DNA of 64,000 bases, from the NCBI RefSeq assembly GCF_006345805.1, contig NC_043014.1, positions 9,052,001 through 9,116,000 on the forward strand. Direction: 5' to 3'. Both the position numbers and the translations under genes were made by a program. Of the stretch, positions 37,513-49,625 are shown one piece after another (position 1 is the stretch's first letter; the number at the start of each line of letters is the position of its first letter). This stretch comes from Octopus sinensis. Its lineage: Eukaryota. Below the pieces are notes generated by a model. The model did not search any database and was not told the origin of the DNA. It worked only from the letters and a program-made list of their open reading frames with translations.

Positions 37513-37547
37513 GTTCAACGTTTCGAGCGGAGCTCTTCGTCAGAAAC
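37513..37547 (-). ncRNA. Minimal type I hammerhead ribozyme within a Penelope-LTR-like repeat (about 37405-37640)
   Basis: Minus strand GUUU-CUGACGA-A-GAGC(UCC)GCUC-GAAAC-GUU-GAAC. Confidence 0.7.
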
Positions 37548-37707
37548 ATAGGAAAAGGAAAGATCCAAAGAAGGGAAGACGGAGGGAAAAATCGCCAACG
37601 ATACAAACGCGGTCACATTTTGAATGCTTGTCGCAGTGGCGCGTGAGAGGCGTGAAGCGGAGTTCCCTCTTGAGAAGAGAGCGCTCGGCAGCGGATGTAT
37701 ATATATA

Positions 37708-38116
37708 CTAGCAGCATAGCCTGGCGTTGCCCGAGTATGTAAGAGCCCCTAGTAGGCAACGACTAATCCCAATCTAGTTCTTTCCCTCCAGGGAACGAAG
37801 GCGCATGTGTAGGTTGCAATGTCTTCTCTTCACTCGAATACTTCTATGTATACGACGTTCCTAGCTGTTTCCCGACAGAAAATGTGTTGCACATAAAAAG
37901 CTTAGATTCTCGACCCCCATGTCGAATTTATCGATTTTTTTCAGAACTGGGGGAACTTTTCAAAATTTTCGCTGCGTTAGTTTTGAATTATGACATTGGG
38001 CTATGTGTGTGTCAAGTTTCATCAGAATCGGTTGAAAGCCGTGATCAGGGTTAGGGTACAACCTGACAGCCACACAGACACACAGACAGACAAACTGCCG
38101 TTTATATATATAGAGA
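37708..38116 (-). mobile_element. Non-autonomous Helitron
   Basis: 5' TC start (tctctatatatataaa); subterminal gggcaacgccagg motif and CTAG 3' end. Confidence 0.75.
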
Positions 38117-38373
38117 TATATATTTACTGAGATGTAATCATTTATGGACTGTAGTATTGGTTGTTTCTCGTGTAATTAAATAGAAATGAGAAATGAGTGA
38201 GACTCGCTTTCCTCTGTATTCTAATTTCGTTGTCGAAATAAAGATTAAGTAAATATCCAAGTATTCGCAAAGAATGAGACAAGTAAACTCAGCTCTAGCG
38301 GTGTTTCATACAGTTTAATGTATGCAAGATGCGTGTCATATACATAATATTATACTCGGGAAAGTGAAAAAGT

Positions 38374-38409
38374 CGTTTACGTTTCGAGCCTACGCTCTTC
38401 AGCGGAAAG
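38374..38409 (-). ncRNA. Degenerate hammerhead-like motif (24.8/45.9 kb family)
   Basis: ccttt-CCGCUGA-A-GAGC(GUAG)GCUC-GAAAC-GUA-AACG; core mutated. Confidence 0.4.
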
Positions 38410-39198
38410 GAATAATTGTGTTCATACACCTGCCTTGGTCTTTTTTTAAACTCCTTTTGCTATATCAGTCATGCCTGTTTCACTCATGCTTTTTTTCTTG
38501 TTTCAGCGGCCATGATGTATCACATATTATATATCGTGTACGTTTATTCGAATTTATAGGTCTGTTGCCGTATTTTGGTGTTTATTATCTTCGTATGAAT
38601 TGCATGCGTCGCATGCATAAGTATAGGGGGTGTATATGTCCCCCCCCTCTCTCTCTTTACCCCCTGTCTCAATATGTGTATGTGTACATGTGTGAGTGTA
38701 TGTGCATGTGTGTGTGTACACGCGTATGTTTGAGTGTGTTTAATTCTGTACGTGTATTCGTTTGAATTTTGTTTTCTGCTTCGGATGTGTCGTTCGTAAT
38801 ATATATATATGTATAATTAATTAATTAATCAATTGATCGCAAGAGGGCAGGTATCACGTAGGATGATTACGCGCTTTCTGTTTCCTTGTAAATCATTAAT
38901 TAATATCTTCCCGTACTGCGACGAGAGAGGTTGTTTACATCACTCAACTATCTTAACTGGTAGTTATTAACACCTGCTCACTGATCATTACGGAGATGAT
39001 CTTTTGAATCCTGGCTTTGTTTATTTTTTGACCGTTTTTTTTTAATAAACAGACATTCCCTCTGACGTAACGATATTTACCATACTCCGGGCTACTTTGC
39101 ATACATACATGAGATATGTCGGGTCAGTGACAGCTCTGTTGTTTACAAACAACATATAACGATAATTACGTTTTCGCTAAAATACACATAGATTTATT

Positions 39199-39599
39199 AA
39201 CCTCCAGTGGCTAGCCACATTCAGATGGCTAGTACACCTTACGTTATCGAGCGGTTACTGTTTATATCTCGTTCAGAGATTTATTAATGCTTTCAGACAG
39301 TTTTTCTAAGTTAGTGACTGTGGTTACTGTGAAAAACGTTAAATATTATTAATTGTAAAGGTCTCCTTCTTCGAAAACCGGTGTTTACCATGCGTTGACG
39401 AGAAGCAATTACCTTGAAACTATAGTCCGTATGTATCAGTTAGGTTTTCGAGGGAGGCTGACCTCCCTTTGCAAATAACACAAGGGCACTGAAATTTTGT
39501 GTCTAAAGTCCATCTGGTGACGTTGATCGCCTGGGGCTAAAAGCATCAGTAACACCCCACCCCCAGTGGCTAGCCACATTCAGATGGCTAGTACACCTT
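39199..39599 (+). mobile_element. Retrozyme-like insertion: 359-bp unit plus 37-bp terminal direct repeat, 15-bp TSD
   Basis: Direct repeat 39204-39240 = 39563-39599; TSD acacatagatttatt at 39184-39198 and 39600-39614; internal hammerhead fold. Confidence 0.75.
39389..39433 (+). ncRNA. Type I hammerhead ribozyme fold (C3U variant, weak stem II)
   Basis: Stem I CAUGCG/CGUAUG; UUGACGA; AAG..CUU; GAAAC-UAUA-GUC; predicted cut after 39427. Confidence 0.65.
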
Positions 39600-39789
39600 A
39601 CACATAGATTTATTCTCCAGTTTTGCATCCATTCAAAAGTGGCTCAGTGACTTCACAACGGTGGAGGCACATAGCTTAGTGCTTAGAGCAGCGGACGCCT
39701 TCTTATGTATGAATGTACGGCTACGTTTTACTATAACAAATATTTTATGGTGGTTATTTCATTTTAGATAGATGTAAATGTGTAAAAAA

Positions 39790-40088
39790 GTGGAGGCACA
39801 CGGCTTAGTGGTTAGAGCAGCGGATTCGCGGTCGAAAGATCGCGGGTTCGAATCTCAGACCGGGTGATGTGTGTTTTTATGAGCGAAACACCCAAGCTCC
39901 ACGCGGCTCCGGCAGAAGGTAATGGCGAACTTCTGCTGACTCTTCCGCCACAACTTTCTCTCACTCTTTCCTCCTGCACCTTGCAGATCACCTGCGACGG
40001 ACCGGCCTCCCGTCCAGGTGGGGAACCTATACGCCAAGGAAACAGGGAAACCGGCCGTTATCAGCCAGGCATGGCTCGAGAAGGAACA
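39790..40088 (+). mobile_element. SINE C (head 1, tail 2)
   Basis: Homologous to 20023-20320; an isolated head fragment also lies at 39660-39697. Confidence 0.85.
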
Positions 40089-40482
40089 GGAATTCACAAC
40101 GAGTTATCACACATGGGTAAACTCACTGTAGCTATTGCGTAGTCGTGTATAGACATCTGATGCAAATAAAATGCAGTTTCCGAGGTGAAGTATAAACCCC
40201 AAAAAACAATTATTTCAGGCGTGTATTTATAGAGGAACAGAAATGATACATCATGCCCACCACCCCCAAATTTAGATATACTACTCCTTTTTTTTACTCT
40301 TACTTATTTCAGTCATTTGACTGCGGCCATGCTGGAATAAGAAATAGGTAATGAAATTTATTCCATAATTTCTTTTTTGGTTTTCATTTATTTCATTTCA
40401 TAAATATAAAAATATAAATATTTGCTTTTCGTTTTTGGATTTGGTTTGCAAGATTCTTTATGTGAGTTCGTGTGTTGTTGAA

Positions 40483-40755
40483 GCATATTCTGTTGTGTCT
40501 GGGGAGAGTCATTCTCTTTTAGTGCCTTTTAATTTAACATACTCAGCGGTAAAATTTCCACTGAATTTCTTCTTTATTTTTCTAAAATTTTCGTTGCGTC
40601 TTACAACCTTTTGAATAGGTTTGACTCTAGGTTGCAAGACGCAACGAAAATTATAGAAAAATAATGAAGAAAATGAGTGGAAATTTTACCGCTGCGTATG
40701 TTAAATTATAAGGCACTAGAAGAGAATGATTCTCCCCAGATACAACAGAATAAAT
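40483..40755. repeat. Fold-back inverted repeat, ~125-bp arms
   Basis: 40483-40608 versus 40630-40755, imperfect. Confidence 0.75.
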
Positions 40756-42026
40756 ATTTGCATCCACTGTTAGCAAAACTGTTGTGTGGACGCCCCCAGA
40801 CGATGAAGTAGGCTAACCCAATGCGTAGATATAAATGGAGAAGTCTAGACGCCAGAATAGAGTAGTAGTAGGGAAGTGTAAAGTATAAGAGTATAGGGGC
40901 ATCCGAACGTGCGATATAACAAAAATGAAAACCGTTTCGTGTAAATAAATATAAAAGCAATTAGCGCATTTTAATTCTTTTCTTGATAGTTTCCGCATAA
41001 AAGACGGCGAATTAGTTGAAACATTAGCACAACGGGGAAAATAGCGGCATATCGTCTGTCTTGACTTTCTGAGTCCAAAGTGGTGGCGTTATCTTTGCAT
41101 TTCATCCCATTCGGAGTCGATAAAAATAAGAACCAACTGTTTATTTGGGGGTCGATGTAATAGACATAACATTCTCCTCGAAATCGCTGACCTCAAGCCA
41201 AACTTCGTGACGTTATATCTTAAAATTTATTTTCTACGACCAACGATACTAAGCACCGAAAATGCCACCTAAATTTGAAAAAATATCCCACCAATAATTC
41301 TTTAGCGAACGGAATCTTAAAGACCTATCTTATCAGTACCAAACTTATCACTCTAACCGAACAACTCAGCAAATTTTCACGAATTCAGTATAAAATATAC
41401 GATGAAGGAAGAAAATAAGCTCTCAAACCTCAGAGTAACAACAACATTGAAAAGATATGTAAAAATTTGAAACAATCTTTCAATAATGACCAACAGATTG
41501 CAATTCACCACATACGGAAATATCCGAAGATAATTCCAGGTTTATTCTCCTTATCAAAAAGCTGAATAGACTATGTTCGGAATTAAAATTCAGATATGAG
41601 ATAATTCGCTTTTTGGGATATGCAGAATGATAATAACAAAACAGAAATTTACGAACGTTGAGAGACATGACCCCAACAAATATTTCTTAATAAAATACAA
41701 TATTCAAAGACGTTGACCAACAAACAATTCTACAGCAAAAATTGACTGTATAAAATACGAAATGCAAATGGATTAATGAAATTGTGAGCTAAAGGACAAA
41801 GAATACAAGGATATAGACCCAGAAACGAAGATCGATTTTACACCACTGAACCGACGTAGAATTTCAAGTTCGTGTTTATAAATTCTGGAATCAAGTATGT
41901 GAGAAGGAACCACTGATTTCTTTACAAGAATACGTGAAAGGCGAAGAGTAGCTTTCTAAGAAGAACGATCCGAAAAGGAATGCATGTCAGAAAAGCCTGT
42001 TCGAATATAAACATTAAGTAGAAAAT

Positions 42027-42419
42027 GGCGGCGAGCTGGCAGACACTTAGCGGTATTTCGTCTGCCGTTACGTTCTGAGTTCAAATTCCGCCGAGATCGA
42101 CTTTGCCTTTCATCCTTTCGGGGTCGATAAATAAAGTATCAGTTTCGCACTGGACTCGATGTAATCGACTTAATCCCTTTGTCTGTCCTTGTTTGTCTCC
42201 TCTATGTTTAGCCCCTTGTGGGTAGTAAAGAAATAGGTATTTTGTCTGCCGCTACGTTCTGAGTTGAAATTCCGCCGAGGTCGATTTTATTTTTCATCCT
42301 TTTGGGGTCGATAAATAAAGTACCAGTTTCGCACTGGGGTCGATATAATTGACTGAATCCGTTTGTCTGTCCTTGTTTGTCCCCTCTATGTTTAGCCCCT
42401 TGTGGGCAATAAAGAAATG
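42027..42419 (+). mobile_element. SINE E dimer within one 16-bp TSD
   Basis: TSD tataaacattaagtag at 42006-42021 and 42420-42435; junction aaagaaataggtatt near 42235. Confidence 0.9.
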
Positions 42420-42799
42420 TATAAACATTAAGTAGCAAACTAGCTTCGTAGGATACTGACAAGGGATATCGATGACAATGACGTAATGACATTTGGTTTT
42501 TAATGAAGGCTTGGCGATACAAATAGCTAATAGGAAACAGCGGAAAATCACGTTAAAGCTATTCGCTGAATGAGTTTATGCACAGATGGACACATATACA
42601 TATATAATATATATATATACAATCGTAAACACGTATAGGTACGCGTGCATGTGTGTGAAAACACAGCTGTATAAAAATATATATGTTATTACATTTATAC
42701 ATACAGAGGCAAACATATACACACGCACTTCCTTTCTCTCAAATACGTGTCTTTATACACTCACAAAATATCTGCGTGCAGAAGCTATTCATGGGCCTA

Positions 42800-42972
42800 C
42801 ATGTTTATATAAATACATACATATACACACGCGCACATTTATACACACACATATACATATATACACACACACATATATATATATATACACACGCACATAT
42901 ATACACACGCACATATATATGTATACACACATACACACATATATATAAACATTTATAAATATATGCACTCAC

Positions 42973-43010
<38 letters not shown>

Positions 43011-43140
43011 GCACACACATATGTGTATACATACACACATATATATATATGTATATATATATATATTATATACATATATATATATACATACATACATACA
43101 TACATAAATACATACATACATACACACACATATATAATAT

Positions 43141-43184
<44 letters not shown>

Positions 43185-43591
43185 TATATATAAACCCATG
43201 TGTTTGCACATATACAAAAGAGATATTCGAATGATTCAGTGTCTGCATATGTTAGTTTGCACTTGTGTGTCTGTGTGTGAGTATCTGGAATTAAAATAAC
43301 CTTAAAATTGCGATTCCCAAAATATGGTAGAGTGAATAATTCTGCCAGGTTTAATGTTATTTAATTCAAATTTAATTTGATTTCATTGTTTTGCTTTTTA
43401 GCTTTTTCCGTTTTCATGTAATTACAATTGATTTTTCTTCCTTGAAATGAAAACTAGAATATAAAAATCCCTAAAATTTTCACCGACTTCAGCACAACAG
43501 GAAACAACAGCCGCATCAGCTCCAAACACCATAAATAGCAACAATAGCATGTATATATACATACATACTTGTGTGCATACGTGAGTGTATA

Positions 43592-43639
<48 letters not shown>

Positions 43640-44128
43640 ATGTATATGCATATATATATATACATATATATATGTACGTATGTATGCATATATATACATA
43701 TATATATGTATGTATATGTATATATATATATATATATATATACACATTAACACACATATATTATATATACATGTATATATATGTATATGTATATATATAT
43801 ATATGAATATATATATATTTACACGCATGTATATGTATATGTATATATATATATATGAATATATATATATTTACACGCATATATATTATACATTGATATA
43901 TATATATATATATACACATACAAATATATATTTATATACATATATATTTACGCATGTATATATTTCTACACACACATATATTATATATATACATATATAT
44001 ATTTACGCACACACATATATATATTTACACATATAATACATATGCATATATATTTGCACACACACACACATATAATACATACACACACACACACACATAA
44101 TACATACACACACACACACATAATACAT

Positions 44129-44171
<43 letters not shown>

Positions 44172-44211
44172 CACGCATATATAAAATATATATGTATATA
44201 TATTTACAGAC

Positions 44212-44255
<44 letters not shown>
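42800..44255. repeat. Long (TA/CA/TG) compound microsatellite
   Basis: Direct inspection. Confidence 0.95.
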
Positions 44256-44256
<1 letters not shown>

Positions 44257-44689
44257 GAAACACATATACAAATCCCATTTATAAGTGTGTTTGAGTTATA
44301 CTGTGTGTATGTATGTGTGTGTGTTTGCATCTTAGAGAACGTAACGAGAACAGCAAGAATGACATCAAAAAGTTTAGATCCAACGACAAAGTAGTCGCGA
44401 CAACAACAACAACACGACTAGAAGCGGCAACGACGACAAAGGAAGTAACAAGAATATTTTTTTATTTGGGGGGGGGAAATATACAAACACACTCCAATAT
44501 CAGAAAGACCCAAATCAAGCGCATTCCGTGAAGAAGTGAATGTTTAGCTGATCAATAAATAGAAATCTTCCATTTATTAAAGATTTTGTTTATAGTCGAT
44601 CATATCGTATATCTCGATTTCATTTATTGATTTCGATATTTTGAATCCTTATAAATGCTATGATCGATAGGTGGAGATATAAGTAGCTA

Positions 44690-45390
44690 TGTATTTATTT
44701 ATGTATGTATGTATGTGTGTATGTATGTATGTATGTATGTATGCATGCATGTATGTATGCATGTATGCATGTATTTATTTATGTATGCATGCATGTATGT
44801 ATATATGTATGTATATATGTATGCATGCATGTATGTATGTATGTATGTATGAATGTATGTATGTATGCATGTATGTATATACGTATATATTCTTGCATGT
44901 ATGTATGTATGTATGTATGTATGTACATATGTATGTTTGCATGTATGTATGTATATTTTCATGTATGTATGTGTGCATGTGTATATGTATGTATGTAGGA
45001 ATGTATGTATGTATGTATATATACATGCATGTTTGCATGTATGTATGTATGTATCAATGTATGCATATATGTATGTATGCATGCATGCATACATGTATGT
45101 ATGCATGCATGCATACATGTATGTATGTATGCATGCATACATGTATGTATGTATGCATGCATGCATACATGTATGTATGCATGCATGCATACATGTATGT
45201 ATGTATGCATGCATGCATACATGTATGTATGCATGCATGCATACATGTATGTATGCATGCATGCATACATGTATGTATGTATGTATGCATGCATGCATGC
45301 ATGCATGCATGTATGTATGTATTCATGTATGTTTGTATGCATGCATGCGTGCATGCATGTATGTATGCATGCATGTATGTATGTATGTAA
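44690..45390. repeat. (ATGT)n/(ATGC)n microsatellite
   Basis: Direct inspection. Confidence 0.95.
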
Positions 45391-45754
45391 TTTACGTATA
45401 TATACATGTGAACATATTTGGAAAGGGGAAATAGATATTCTTTGATTCTCTTGCCGGTTTCTTTTATTGGACTGTAGAAATAATGTAATTGATTATATCT
45501 AACTATATAACTATATTGTCTCGTATTTATCGCACACGCAGGACGAAATATGAAGTCGACTTAGGCGTGGGATGGGCTGTGTTGTATTATAGAAATGGTT
45601 ATAAACGCTTCAAAGTATTTTCGCTTTGCCTTATCGATCGTTCACCATTGAAGGCTTTGGACTCTCACAAAGCAACCTTTATACATACGTACATGCATGC
45701 ATACAAGCATCACATACGTACGTACATACATACATGCATGTATCTACATGCATA

Positions 45755-45799
<45 letters not shown>

Positions 45800-45804
45800 T
45801 ATAT

Positions 45805-46790
45805 ATACAGCTCCTACACGCATTTTTTTCTCTCCTTGTTTTTTTTTGTGTATTTTTCTGTCGAAGAGCGTAGGCTCGAAACGTAAAAGACTTGTTCTAT
45901 TTCTAATTCTGAGCGCCATACTAGTATATTTGTTTGTCTGTACTCCACCTGCCTTCGTCTTTTGTTAATTTTCGTAAACCTTCCCGTTATATATATACAT
46001 ACATACACCTGCACGACATTTGACTCAGCAATGAGACCCCAGTTTTGTGTCATTTCTGCTCTACCGGTCATTCATAACAACACTTGTCTGTATTCAGATT
46101 GCCTTTGCACAGTGGCCATCCGATATCCTGCCTTCGCCGTGAACAAGAATTTATCTTCTCTCCTCGTTTCTTTGCGCCACATGGGTTCCGCTTTCTTCCT
46201 CTCTTCATCTGACACCCCTCCTCTCCTCATATCACATCCATTTCCTCTTTTCACTCCTACCCATCTCTTGTCTCCTGTCTTGCACTGACACCTACTTCCA
46301 CTCTTCACTCCAACACGCCTTCTCCCTTCATTGGTACTACCTCCATGCACATTACATCCTCACACCATCCCACGACCTCACCCCAAACCCACCATCCACC
46401 CACACATCAACATGACTACTCCACCACACACAGCCACAGCACACACCACCACACCGCCTCTTTACACGAACACACACTAGCATTCACCACTTTCCAGCAA
46501 TCACACTTTCATCACATCCACTAATTACAGGCGCTCACACATGCACACATCCACACATCAAAATCACTATCTACAAGCACACATATACAAACTCTCACAT
46601 ACACACGCACACGCACCTTTGTTTGCGGATAGCCAGTACTTTATTATCTCCCCTTCTTCCTAGCGCTCCTGTCCAACTACCTTCTCTAGCCAGTCGCCCT
46701 GATTGACTGCTAAATCCACAAGTTTTTTTTTTTTATTCTCCCTCTGTTCATTTCCTCGTGTTCTTTTCCGTTGAAGACTTTCCTACGGAA
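45805..46790 (+). mobile_element. Decayed Penelope-like element: LTR-like unit with variant hammerhead, possible endonuclease C-terminus, second LTR remnant
   Basis: Fold at 45854-45889 (core CUGUCGA); second similar start at about 46725-46790; weak resemblance of 46040-46190 to a PLE endonuclease end. Confidence 0.45.
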
Positions 46791-47331
46791 TTCCCTTGGA
46801 TACGCCTGCTATATCTACAGCAGCACTTTTGTTAGAAGTTGCCCAGTATTGAAGTGAAAGGACCGCCCCTGGTAAACGCCACCAGATCTTTGTTGCTTTT
46901 CCCGTCGTAAATATTTTCCCCACTTACAAGCAAACTTAACGGATAACGTCATTTATATTTAATTTGTGTAGATAAGTTATTTAATGTTTTAATTGTCTTA
47001 AAACTTAAAATTTCAGTTAGTTCAAATTATTCTCTGCAAGCGGAAACTTGATCTATTCGTCGTAATTTATTCTAGTGCCATCTCCAGTAATGCCATATTA
47101 ATTTGACATTTTTCAATAAATGTACTCGTTAATGCGATTAACATTTCACTGCTGATTTACGTGTTGTTGTGCGAAATCATTAAGCAGCTATCAAGGTGTA
47201 ACTAAAGTTTCATTACACACACACACACACACACACATACACGCACCTATGTATATACATATAACTATATAGATATATAAACACACACACGCACACACAC
47301 ATACGAATATGTTTGTATATTTATATATATA

Positions 47332-47722
47332 CTAGCAGTATCGCCCGGCGTTGCTCGGGTTTGTAAGGGAAATAACTATACAGCATTTTTAGAGAGTTAT
47401 AGCCAAAAAATAGCAAAAAAATGCATTAAAAATGGAAACAATATGATGGTAATTTTTTTTTTAAATCGTTGACTCATCGTAGACATTTTTAGAGAGTTAC
47501 TTCCCTTTAAAAAAATATGCATGAAAATGGAAAAAAATTATGGTAAATTATTTTTAAAATCGTAGACTCATCGTAGAGGCGCGCTAATACCCAGAAGGGC
47601 TCGATATGAATCACTACTATAAGATACCCGGTTTTGGTTAAACTGCACCGCAAAATGTGGGAGTAGTTAGGAATCTAAATCGAAGGGGACAGACACTCAC
47701 ACAACTACAGTTTTATATATAA

Positions 47723-47725
<3 letters not shown>
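47332..47725 (-). mobile_element. Non-autonomous Helitron
   Basis: TC start; cccgagcaacgccggg hairpin; CTAG end. Confidence 0.75.
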
Positions 47726-47753
<28 letters not shown>

Positions 47754-47766
<13 letters not shown>

Positions 47767-48016
47767 GGGAAACCACCATATTTTTATTACTTTTTCTTTT
47801 GTCTTGCTCCATTACGTTTTGGTTGTTTTGCTAAATTTTTCTTGAGAACATTCCTTATTGGTGAGACCGTAGCGGATCTGTTTCTAGCATTTGGTGTCCA
47901 CATAGTGGTTTCCCTCTAATATATATACAATATTACTTTTTTTAATGCTAGACCACTGGTATGAAATCGATGTTAATTAAATTAATATCTAATTTCTCAC
48001 CCTTATTTTAAAATTT

Positions 48017-48020
<4 letters not shown>
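47754..48020. mobile_element. Short element: ~20-bp inverted repeat plus agaccactgg terminal module
   Basis: attagagggaaaccac and gtggtttccctctaat; spacer homologous to 1470-1590. Confidence 0.55.
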
Positions 48021-48077
<57 letters not shown>

Positions 48078-48091
48078 CATACATACATACA

Positions 48092-49562
48092 TAGGAGGTT
48101 ACATCAAAAAGTTCCCGAACTAGTTATGTTTGATAAAAATGACAACTTATTTATGTAAGATTTAACAGGATCTCTGTGGAAATAATCACTTTGCATAGTA
48201 ATACACTGGTCTCAACGTTCATGTCTCTTTTAGAATCCGACCTGGAAATCTTTTTTTTCCTGAAGGGAGTCGAGGACCCTCCGCAATTCATTTTGCATCT
48301 CAGCAATGGTGTTAAAACCACGGCGAACATTGAGGTACATTTTCATGTCGGGAAAGAGATGGAAGTCCGCAAGTGCTAAATCTGTCGAATAGGGGTTCTC
48401 GTGTGGAAGCGAGACCATGTTGTTTCTGGCGAGAAACTCACGGATGAGGAGAGCTCGGTGGTAGGGTGTACCGTCGTCGTAAAAAATCTTATTCTTCTTG
48501 TTGTTTTCGCCGAATGTCCACCCTTAAACCGTCCAAAACGTCGCAGTAGATTTGTCAATTGACGTTCTGGCTCTGGAGGGCAAATTCACGATGCACAATA
48601 CCGCGGATGCCGTAAAAAGCGAGAAGCATACTCTTGAGTTAGTTGCAACTCTGTCGTGCTTTTGTCGGTCATGGAGACAAAGGTCTCTTCCGTTGTGACC
48701 CTAGCTTCTTCGTCTCATGGTTGTAATTGTAAACCCGACTCGCGTCATCATTTTCGACCCTCCACATGAAGGATGGGCCTTCAATGGCAGGCTGACGGAG
48801 ATCTTGACTGATTTCGACGCGATTTGTTTTCTGTTCAGTGGTCAACAGGCGGGATCAAACGTGGCAGAGATACGCCGTATGTTCAATTCATACGTTAGAA
48901 TTGCTAGACCCTCCACATGAAGGATGGGCCTTCAATGGCAGGCTGACGGAGATCTTGACAGATTTCGACGCGATGTTTTTTTTTTTTTCAGTGGTCAACA
49001 GGCGGGATCAAACGTGGCAGAGATACGCCGTATGTTCAATTCATACTTTAGGATTGCTGGTACCAATTTTTACGCAAGCAAACAGCAACAGAAACATCAC
49101 TGATTGTCTTCTGACGATCTTCATGCACGAGCTGATGAATATTCTCTATATTTCTGGGTCTGAGGCACATGGTGGGTCTTTCAGAACGCTTATCGTCTTC
49201 AAGGGATGTCCCTCCACTTTTGAAATACCCGCGCCACTCTAAACTTTGCATACGACCCATTGCCTCATCACTATAACCTTTCCAAAACTTGCTCAATATC
49301 TCTGGACCAGACTTTCCAACTTTAACGCGAAATTTCATGTTGGCTCTTTGTGCCAACTTCCTGCCCATGACAAAATCGCAGACTACAGCATACACATTAT
49401 AACAGATTCACCAGTTTCACAACTTACGAAGGAAACACAGCAATGTCACTTGGTACACTGACTCATGAAGGTCACTGCTAGCTCTTACTGCATAGGCAAC
49501 CATGTGCTGCCTTCTAGAGACGAGCTACAGAATTAGTTCGAGAACTTTTTGATACCACCTTT
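48092..49562 (-). mobile_element. Decayed Tc1/mariner DNA transposon, near full length
   Basis: TIRs ...atcaaaaagttcYcgaacta...; N-terminal QRANMKF...LEDDKRSERP (49048-49395); PYSTDLALADFHLFP (48230-48418), matching the mariner YSPDLAP-DF-LF motif. Confidence 0.85.
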
Positions 49563-49577
49563 TTAATATGTATACGA

Positions 49578-49625
<48 letters not shown>

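Noticed and set aside
41200-42000. A-rich, coding-like stretch, possibly a decayed retroelement ORF
   Set aside because: No motif recognised with confidence; many stops.
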